From an uncultured Desulfobacteraceae bacterium (lineage in GTDB: Bacteria > Desulfobacterota > Desulfobacteria > Desulfobacterales > JAABSP01), in assembly GCA_964633575.1 (NCBI GenBank), contig CAZWGY010000002.1:1-51377 (forward strand): a stretch of 51,377 nt of DNA, read 5' to 3'. This document shows, piece by piece, positions 17,201-26,675 of the stretch. The number at the start of each line of letters is the position of its first letter. Positions within the stretch are counted from its first letter, which is position 1. Position numbers and translations under genes: made by a program. The notes below the pieces were generated by a model. It was not told the origin of the DNA. It saw only the letters and a program-made list of their open reading frames with translations, and did no database searches.

Positions 17201-19528
17201 GAGCTGATCTCCGATCCGGAGACGGCTTCCCGGGAGATGGTCGAATTCTGCGGCCTCGAGTGGAACGAGCGGTGCCTTGAGTTTCACCGGCACCAGCGGG
17301 CGGTTCAAACGGCGTCCGTCACCCAGGTCCGACGGCCCATCTATCATTCTTCCGTGGGAAAATGGCGTCACTATGAACGCCATATCGAGCCCCTGAAAGC
17401 GGCCATTGCGGCTGATCCCCTCGGTTTCGACGCGGATGGGGCCATGCGGCGGGCCGTGACCTATCACCAGCAGGGGATGCTTGAATCGGCCGAAGCCCTC
17501 TACCGGAAGGTTCTGGCGGAAGCGCCGGATAACCCGGATGCCAGCCACCTTTTGGGCGTGTTGTCGTTTCAGCGGGGGGAAGCGACCCAGGGGGTCGAGC
17601 TGATCCAGCAAGCGACCCGGATCGATCCGGACAACTGGGCCTATTTCAACAACCTCGGCACCGCGTTGAAAAACGCCGGCCGGGTGGAAGAGGCCATTGA
17701 CGCCTATCTCCGGGCCATCGACCTGAAACCGGATCACCATGAGCCGCACTATAACCTGGGGGTGGCCCTGGCCGACGCCGGCCGGACCGAGGAGGCCATC
17801 GAGCGATACCGTCACGCCACCACCTTGAAACCGGACTATTGCGAAGCCTTCAACAACATGGGCAACGCCCTCAAAAGCATGGGGCGGTTGGACGAGGCCA
17901 TCGATAGCTACCAACGGGCCATCAAGATTAACCCCGACTACGCCAAGGCATACAACAACCTGGGCAGCGCGCTTTCCGGCCGGTTCAAATTCAAGGATGC
18001 GGTGGCCGCTTTCCAGCGGGCCATTGCCTTGAATCCGGAGTACCACGAAGCCTACAATAACCTCGGGGCCGCACTCAAGGACCGGGGGCAATTGAGTGCC
18101 GCCATCCGGAATTACCGGAAGGCCATCGCCCTGAAGCCGGATTATTATGAGGCCCACAACAACCTTGCCAACGCACTCAACAACCAGGGAAAGCTCGAAG
18201 AAGCGGTGACGGCCTACCGTCATGCGCTCGATATCAAGCCGGAATGCCATGAGGCTCATGATAATCTCCTGCTGACCCTCCAATACCTTCCCGATCATGA
18301 CCCCGCCCAGCTCCGGGCGGAGCATGATCACTGGGATGTCCGCCATGCCCGGCATCTGGCCGAAGAGGCGCCGCCCCACGGAAACGACCGGTCACCGGAT
18401 CGGCGGATTCGGGTCGGGTTCGTCTCCCATGATTTCGGCCGGCATCCGGTGGGCTATTTCCTGGTGGCCTACCTCGCGGCCCATGATCCGGATGCGGTCG
18501 AAGTCGTCTGCTATTCCGATCGGGTTCAGGAGGACGACATGACGGAGACCATCCGGTCCCATAGCGCCCTCTGGCGCCGGACGGTGGGTGTGCGGGATGA
18601 GCCGATGGCCGATCAAATCCGGGAGGACGGCATCGATATCCTCGTGGACATGTCCGGCCACACCGCCAAGAATCGGCTGATGGTCTTCGCCCGTCGGCCG
18701 GCGCCGGTTCAGGTGACCTGGCTGGCCTACCCCGGGACCACCGGCATGGCGGCGATGGACTATCTCATCGCGGACCGATGGGTGGCCCCGCCGGGAATGG
18801 ACGACGCCTACGCCGAAAGTCTGCTCCGGCTGCCGGAATCCTATCTCTGCTACGAGCCGCCGGATTACGCGCCGGATGTCAACAGCCTCCCGGCCCTCGA
18901 GAACGGCCATCTCACCTTCGGCTGCTTCAACAACCTGGCCAAGGTCACCCCGGCGGTGATTTCTCTCTGGGGGCGGATCCTTCGGGCTGTACCGGATGCC
19001 CGCCTTCTTCTCAAGTACCGATCCTTCAATGATAAAGCCGTCCAGGACCGGTACCGGGAGCTGCTAGCCGGTGAGGGGATCGCCGAGGACCGGATCGATC
19101 TCATCGGGGCATCAGCCTCTCATGTCACCCACCTCTCCCATTTCAACCGGATTGACGTGGCCCTCGATCCGTTCCCCTATAACGGGACCACCACCACCTG
19201 CGAGACCCTTTACATGGGGGTGCCGGTGATCAGCCTGGCCGGCCAGACCTTTGTCAGCCGTCAGGGGTGCGGTATCCTGGAAAATGTCGGGCTTTCGGAC
19301 TGGATTCCCCGCTCCTATGATGCCTATGTGGAGCGGGCGGTCACCTGCGTTGATCAGCTCGACGCGCTCAATGCCCTGCGCGGGACGCTTCGGCAACGGG
19401 TGGCGGACTCGCCGTTATGCGATGCCGGGCGGTTTGCCCGGCACCTGGAAGCGGGTTTTCGGCAAATCTGGAGACGGTGGTGCGACGGAATGGACCCATG
19501 GGCCGTGACCGTTGAGAGGGACTCGTGA
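14219..19528 (+). CDS. Multidomain enzyme: TPR-sulfotransferase, TPR-sulfotransferase, TPR-GT41 glycosyltransferase
   Basis: ORF track frame 14180..19528. I prefer ATG 14219 because GGAGGA lies 5 nt upstream and it forms an ATGA overlap with the upstream stop at 14220-14222. There are two sulfotransferase modules with the 5'-PSB-type motif [18 protein letters not shown]. The GT41 module starts at about 18401 ([69 protein letters not shown]). Confidence 0.88.
   Translation: [1769 protein letters not shown]
14923..15610 (+). other. Sulfotransferase module 1 (PAPS-dependent, TPR-linked family) inside gene 14219..19528
   Basis: [29 protein letters not shown] ... [38 protein letters not shown] ... 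[16 protein letters not shown]. This matches my recollection of the bacterial family of TPR-containing sulfotransferase proteins. Confidence 0.8.
16700..17393 (+). other. Sulfotransferase module 2 (paralog of module 1) inside gene 14219..19528
   Basis: [29 protein letters not shown] ... [38 protein letters not shown] ... [16 protein letters not shown]. It is collinear with module 1, including the preceding [13 protein letters not shown] segment. Confidence 0.8.
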
Positions 19529-22368
19529 TCCGGACCTCGGAAGCAACAGTTTCGGCGGCCGGCCGGCGGCACCCCGCGCCAGCGGACCCGCGAATCCGGG
19601 AGGCGCTCCAGCTCCGCCGCCGGGGGGAAGGCGAGCGGGCGGTGGCATTGGCCCGGGAGATTCTCCGGGACCGGCCGGAACATCCGGACGCGCTCCATCT
19701 GGTCGGATTGGCGGCTTATGATAAAGGGGACCTCGAGACGGCGGTACGGTGGATCGAGCGGGCCATCGCCGCCGATGATGCCAATCCGGCCTACCACATC
19801 AATCTGGGCAACGCCCGAAAAGCGGCCGGCGATCTTGATGAGGCCGTCAAGAGCTACGAGGCGGCCCTGGCCCGGCGGCCGGACTTTCCCCCGGCCCGAA
19901 AGAACCTGGGCCTGGCCCTGACCGCCATGGGCCGGCACCAGGAAGCCCTGGCCCAGTTTCAGCGGGTCCTCGATGCCCATCCGGATGACCTGGAGGCCGC
20001 CGCCCATATCGTCCTTCCCCTCCGGGCCCTGGATCAACGGGATGCGGCCATCGAACATTGCCGACGGGCATTGGCGCGGCATCCTGAAAACGTCGGTCTC
20101 CTGAGCAACCTCGGTAACCTGCTCCGGGAAGTCGGTCGGCCGGACGAGGCCGAATCCTTCTACCGACGGGCCATCGAGCTCCAGCCGGCCCATCCCGGGA
20201 TCTGGAACAACCTGGGAAACGCGCTCGGGGACCTGAAACGGCCGGCCGAAGCCCTCGACGCCTATCGGCGGGCCACCGACCTCAAACCGGCGTACCATGA
20301 AGCCTGGATCAGCATGGGAGTCGTCCAGATGGCCATGGAACAGCCGGAGGCCGCGGCCGACAGCTTCCGTCGGGCCACTGAGATTCGGCCCGATTTCGCG
20401 GTCGCCCATCGAGGGCTTGGCGATGCCCTGGGAAAACGCTGGCTGCTCTCGGATGCCGCGGACAGCTACCGCCGGGCACTCGATCTGGACCCCAACGCCG
20501 AAACCCTCAACAACCTGGGCAATGTCTTAAAAGACGGGGGAGAGGTCGAGGAGGCCCTGAATTGCTACCGAAAGGCCCTGGCGCTTCAGCCCGATTACGT
20601 CGTGGCTCACGACAATATCCTCATGACGCTCCATTACGTGGCCGACGGGGACTTCCAATCCATCGCCGAGGCCCACGCCCGATGGGATGACCGGCATGGC
20701 CGCCCGCTGACCGAAGCGGCATCCCGGCCCTCACGGGACGGCGATACCGACCGGCAACTCGCCGTCGGGGTGGTCTCCAAAGATTTCGGCCTCCACCCGG
20801 TGGGATACATTCTGGCCCCCTGGCTGGAGGCCCATGATCGGGACCGGCTCCGGATCGTCTGCTACTCGGACCGGACCCGGGAGGACCGGATGACCCGCCG
20901 GCTCCGGGAGTACGCTGACGCCTGGCGGGATACCGCCGAGATGGACGACGAGGCCCTGGCCCGCCGAATCCGCGAGGACCGGATCGACGTCCTCATGGAC
21001 CTATCCGGCCACACGGCGGGAAACCGGCTCCTGGTTTTCGCCCGGACCCCGGCTCCGGTCCAGGTGACTTGGGCGGCCTATCCCGACACATCCGGGCTCG
21101 ACGCCATGGATTACCTCCTCTGCGACGGCCGGGCCGTCCCCGAGGAAACCCGGCAGTGGTTTTCCGAGATCCCGTGGCGGCTGCCGTCGAGCTATCTCTG
21201 CTATGCCCCGCCCGAGGCCGCCCCCTCGCCTTCGCCATTGCCGGCGGCGGAGGCCGGTCACCTCACCTTCGGAAGCTTCAACAATCTGGCCAAGATCACT
21301 CCGGCGGTGATCCGGCTCTGGGCGGAGATCCTCCGGCGCCGACCCGACGCTCGGATGATGCTCAAGTACCGGGCCTTCGAGGACCCGGAAACCCGGCGGC
21401 GGTACGCCGAGTGGTTTAGCGCCGAGGGGATCGGGGCCGACCGATTTGAATTGCTGGGCAGCTCCCCATCCCACCCCGAGCATCTGGCCGCTTACCAACG
21501 GGTGGACGTGGCTCTAGACCCGTTTCCCTACAACGGGACCACGACCACTTTAGAAGCGATCTACATGGGCGTGCCGGTTATCAGCCTGGCGGGGGAGTCC
21601 TTTATCTCCCGGCAGGGGTGCTCGATGTTGACGGCCCTCGGGATGGCGGACTGGATCGCCGACTCGACCGAGGCCTATGTGACGCGGGCCGTTGAGGCGG
21701 GGCGGGATCTGGATGCCCTGGCGGCGGTGAGACGGGGGCTCCGGGAACGGCTCCTCGGTTCCCCCCTCTGTGATGGGCCGGGGTTTGCCCGAGAGATGGA
21801 GACCGCATTGCGGTCGATCTGGAAAGCGGGGAAAAGCGGTCGGGCTTCCGATCCGGTGACTGATGCCGGACCGGATAGCCAACTGCTCCTGATCAGCCGA
21901 CGGGACGGTTCCGTTGACGATCTCCCCCCGCCGTTTGCCGGATGGAACGGGCGGATTCGGCGGGTGGCCGGGGCCGGGCCGGCAACCGAGGACTTGCTGG
22001 CCGGGATTCCGCCGGCGTCGATGGATGGGCTCTACTGCCCCGGCGAGCTGGTCCGGTGGGAAACCCACGCGGTGGCCAGGGTGCTGTCCGCCTTCGGCCG
22101 GGTCATTCGCCCTGGCGGTGCCCTGGTGGTCGAGGTGCCCGATCTCCAATGGGCGGGAGCGGCCATTGCCAACGGAACGAATGTCAAAACGGCTCTGAAG
22201 ATGGTTTACGGCCCATCCGACGGGAAAGGTGGTTATCGAACCGGATTCACATCCAGCCGTCTGCGCGGCCTGCTGGACGAGGCGGGCTTTCGGGACATTG
22301 AGCTGATCGGGATGGAAGGGCGGTTGCGGGCGGTTGCCCGTAACGGCGCCGAACGGGAGGACCGATGA
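19525..22368 (+). CDS. TPR - GT41 glycosyltransferase - degenerate methyltransferase-like C-terminal domain
   Basis: ORF track, 947 aa. GTG 19525 forms a GTGA overlap with the upstream stop. The TPR array is followed by a GT41 module from about 20752 ([66 protein letters not shown]). The tail from about 21875 aligns by eye with the methyltransferase module of gene 28607..32986 ([16 protein letters not shown]) but lacks the VLHVGCG motif I. Confidence 0.85.
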   Translation: [947 protein letters not shown]

Positions 22369-25300
22369 CCTCGCCTTCTCCATCGAGCGAATCACTCACA
22401 CCGGCCGCCGCGTTTCGCCGGGCCGCCGCCCTCAGAGCCCAGGGGGATCTCCCCCACGCGGCCGAGGTCTGCCGACGGATTCTGGATCGGGACCCGGACC
22501 ATGCCGACGCGCTTCATCTCCTCGGGGTCATCGACTTTCAGGCCGGACGACTCACCGAGGCCGTCCGGCGGATTGGCCGGGCCATTCGTCTCCGGCCGAA
22601 GCGTTCCGATTTCTACAGCAACCTGGGCAATGTCCTGAAAAAGCGGGGGAGGCTGAAGGCATCGCTGGCGGCCTTCAAGCGGGCCAAGACCCTCAACCCC
22701 GAATCGCCGGACATCCTGAATAATATGGGGGTGACCCTCTATGAGCTCGGCCGGCTGGACGAGGCCATTGCCGCTTACGAGGCGGCGATCTCGCTGCGTC
22801 CCGACTACGCCGAGGCCTACAACAACCTCTGCGTCCCCCTGAAGGACAAGGGGCGGCACGGGGCGGTCCTGTCCTGCTGCCGAAAGGCGGTGGAGTTGTC
22901 TCCCCGGAACGCCGGGGCCCACAGCAACCTTGGCAACGCTCTGAGCAACCTCGGGCGGATTTCCGAGGCCGTGTCGGCCTACGAGCGGGCGATCGACCTG
23001 AATCCCCGATTCGCCGGCGCGTACAATAATCTGGGCAATGCCCTGAAGGACCGGGGGCGGGTCGATGAGGCCATTGACGCCTACCGGCGGGCCCTTTCGG
23101 TGAACCCCGATGACCGCAACGCCCACGACAACCTTATCTTGACCATGCACTACAGCCCCAACGAGTCGGCGGGGACCCTGCGGGCGGAGCGGCAACGGTG
23201 GAACGCCCGGTTTGCCGAGCCACACCGGGCGGGCATCCGGCCCCACCAAAACGACCGGCGGCCGGATCGGCGGCTCCGGATCGGCTTCGTGTCCAGCGAC
23301 TTCGGCCGGCATCCCGTGGGCTATTTTCTGGCCCCTTATCTGGCCTGCCACCGTCGCGAGGCGGTCGAGGTGATCTGCTACTCGGACCGGAAACAGGACG
23401 ATTCCCTGACCGTTCAGCTCCGGCGGATGGCCGATGGATGGCGCCAGACCGTGGGGTTGAGTGATGATCGGCTGGCCCGGGCCATCCGGGAGGACCGGAT
23501 CGACATCCTGGTGGATCTTTCCGGGCACACCGCGGGAAATCGTCTCCTCACGTTCGCCCGAAAGCCGGCCCCCGTCCAGGCCGTCTGGATCGCCTATCCG
23601 GACACCACCGGGATGGCGGTCATGGATTACCTGATCACCGACGGTCGGGTGACGCCACCGGGAGCGGAAAAAGACTTCTCCGAGCGGTTGGCCCGGCTGC
23701 CCGAGACCTACGTCTGCTACGCGCCGCCGGACCGGGCTCCGGCGGTCACTCCGCTGCCCGCGCTGGACGCCGGAGGGATCACCTTCGGGTGTCTCAACAA
23801 CATCGCCAAGATGACCCCGGAGATGGTCTCGATCTGGTCCCGGATTCTCCGCCGGGTGCCGGAGAGCCGTCTCATCCTGAAGTACAAGTCCTTCGGGGAC
23901 GACTCGGTCCGTCAACGCTACCGCCGCCTCTTTGCCGACGCGGGAATCGATCCGGCTCGGGTGGTCATGCGGGGGTTTTCCCCCACCCACCGCGAGCACC
24001 TGGAGACCTACCAGGAGATCGATATCGCCCTTGATCCGTTTCCCTACAACGGCACCACCTCCACCTGTGAGGCCCTCTACATGGGGGTTCCCGTGGTGGG
24101 ATCGGCCGGGACGACCTTTGTGGGCCGGCAGGGGGTAAGTTTGCTCCATACCGTTGGGTTGTCCGACTGGATCGCCGGAGATGAGGAAGGATATGTCGGG
24201 ATGGCGGTCCGCCGGGCTGGTGACCTCGAAGCCCTGGCCGCACTCCGGCGGTCCCTCCGGGAGCGGATGCGCCAATCGCCCCTCTGCAATGCCGCCCGGT
24301 TTTCCCGGTTTCTGGAAACGGCCTTCCGCCGGATGTGGGGACAATACCTGGGACGGACCGATCCCAACCGTCTGATCAAAGCCGCGGTGACCGCCCACCG
24401 GAGCGGCGATCCCGACCGGGCCGAGCGGCTCTATCGGCGAATTCTCGAGACAACGCCCGACCATCCGGACGCCCTCCACCTCCTGGGCGTCGTCTGCTGC
24501 CAGTCAGACCGCCTGGAGGAGGGCGCCGAGCTCATCGAGCGGGCCATCGCCGTCCAGCCGAATCAGGCGGCGTTCCACTCCAGCCTGGGCAATGCCCGGA
24601 AAGGGCTGGGGCAGCTCAATGCGGCCCGGGCCGGCTACGAGCGGGCCATCGCCCTTAATCCGGACTTCTCCGAAGGGCATTACAACCTGGCCAACCTCTT
24701 AAAAGCCGACGGCCGGATGGACGAGGCCATCGACCATTTCCGGGCCGCGTTGAAGATCAATCCCGACTCGGTTGCCGTCTGGAACAACCTGGCCAATGCG
24801 CTTCGGGAAAAGGGGGAGATGGCCGAGGCGATCCGCTGCTACCGGGAGGCGGTCCACCGGAAGCCGGATTACGCGGAGGCCCTGGCCAACCTCGGCTCCG
24901 CGCTCAAGACGAACGGCGAGGTGGAGGCGGCCGAAAGGTGCCTCCGGGATGCCCTGACCCGCCTTCCGGAGGTTCCCCGCCTCCACCACCACCTGGGGAA
25001 TCTCCTCCGGGAGCGGGGGGACCTCGACGGCGCGGCCGGCCATCTCGAAAAGGCCCTCTCGCTGGCCCCCGATGACAGCCTCATCCACTCCGGACTGGGC
25101 TTTCTCCGGTCGGATCAGGGACGGCGGGATGAGTCCCTGGCCGCTTTTCGGCGGGCGGTCGAGCTCAAACCGGACGATCACGCGGCCCACATGAACCTGG
25201 GCAACGCCCTGATGGAGCGCCGATCCGCCGGCGAGGCCATGGCCTGCTTTAATCAGGCCCTGGACCTCAAGCCCCATTCCCATGAAACCCTGACCAACCG

Positions 25301-26675
25301 GGGCAACCTCTTCAAGGAGCTTGGGGAGGCCGAAAAGGCGGTGGACAGCTACCAGCAGGCCCTGGCTCTGAATCCCGAATTCCGTGCCGCGTTTGAAAAC
25401 CAGCTTCTGGCCATGCACTGCCTGCCGGACCTTTCCCCCGAGGCGATCCGCCGGGCCCATGACGAGTGGAACTCGCGGTTCGCGGCTCCCCTGGCTGATC
25501 CGGCGGCCCAGCACGACAACGATCCGAGCCCCGACCGGCGCCTCCGGGTGGGGATCGTCTCCATGGACTTCGGTCAACATCCGGTCGGGTATATTCTCCT
25601 GCCCTTTTTCGAGGCCCATGATCCCGAGGCCATCTCCCTGTTCTGCTATACGGACCGCCGGCGGGAAGACCCGGTGACCGGTCGGCTCAAAGCCCGCGCC
25701 GCCGCCTGGCGCCCCATTGCCGGCCTGTCGGATCGGAGGGTGGCCGAGATGGTCCGGTCGGACCGGATCGATATCCTGGTGGACATGTCCGGCCACACCG
25801 CCGGCAACCGGCTTCTGGTTTTCGCCCGGAAGCCGGCCCCCATTGAGGTGAGCTGGGCCGCCTATCCCGACACCACCGGAATGACGGCGGTGGATTACAT
25901 CATTGCCGACCGGTGGGTGATTCCCGACGGCGCGGAGGCGGGATTCGCCGAGACCCCCCGCCGGCTGCCGGTGAGCTACCTCTGCTGGGAGCCGCCGGCC
26001 CATGCGCCCCCCGTCGGGCCGTTGCCGGCTCTGGAACGGGGATATCTCACCTTCGGCTGCACCAACAATCTGGCCAAGGTCACGAAAACGGTGATCGCCC
26101 TCTGGGCGGAGATTCTGAAGGCGGTGCCCGACGCCCACCTGTTGATGAAAAACCGGTATCTGGAAGACCCGGAAGTCGCGGACCGGTTCCGGAGCCGGTT
26201 TGTCGATGCCGGGGTCGATCCGGACCGGATTGAGCTGATGGGATATACCCCGAATCACACGGCTCACCTGTCGGCTTACGGACGGATCGACGTGGGGCTC
26301 GACCCTTTTCCCTACAATGGCACCACCACCACCTGCGAAACCCTGTATATGGGGGTTCCGGTGATCAGTCTGGCCGGGCGGACCTTCGTGGCCCGGCAGG
26401 GGGTCAGTATCCTCAACACCGTCGGTCTCCCCGACTGGGTGGCGGCATCGGAGTCGGACTACGTGGAGCGGGCGGTGGCCAGCGGGGCGGACCTCGATGC
26501 ATTGGCAAAGCTGCGGGCCGGATTGCGGGACCGGATGGCCACGTCGCCCCTCTGTAACGGCCCCCGGTTCGCCCGGGATATCGAGCGGGCGTTTCGAGAG
26601 ATGTGGCGCCGGTGGTGCGCCTCCCAGACAACGGAAAGGCAAGGCCATGGCGAAAAAACGTCGGCGGAAAGCTAA
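22365..26675 (+). CDS. Double-module enzyme: TPR-GT41-TPR-GT41
   Basis: ORF track, 1436 aa. There is an ATGA overlap with the upstream stop. GT41 module 1 spans about 23269-24355 ([17 protein letters not shown] ... [19 protein letters not shown]). GT41 module 2 runs from about 25537 to the end ([17 protein letters not shown] ... [19 protein letters not shown]). Each module is preceded by its own TPR array. Confidence 0.88.
   Translation: [1436 protein letters not shown]

Noticed and set aside
14408-18379. Very long antisense ORF (1323 aa, minus strand) opposite the TPR-sulfotransferase-GT41 gene.
   Set aside because: Its translation is low-complexity and rich in G, P, R and V, with no recognisable motifs. 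The plus-strand frame has unmistakable TPR, sulfotransferase and GT41 motifs. Long stop-free antisense frames are expected in high-GC, Ala/Leu/Arg/Gly/Asp-rich genes.
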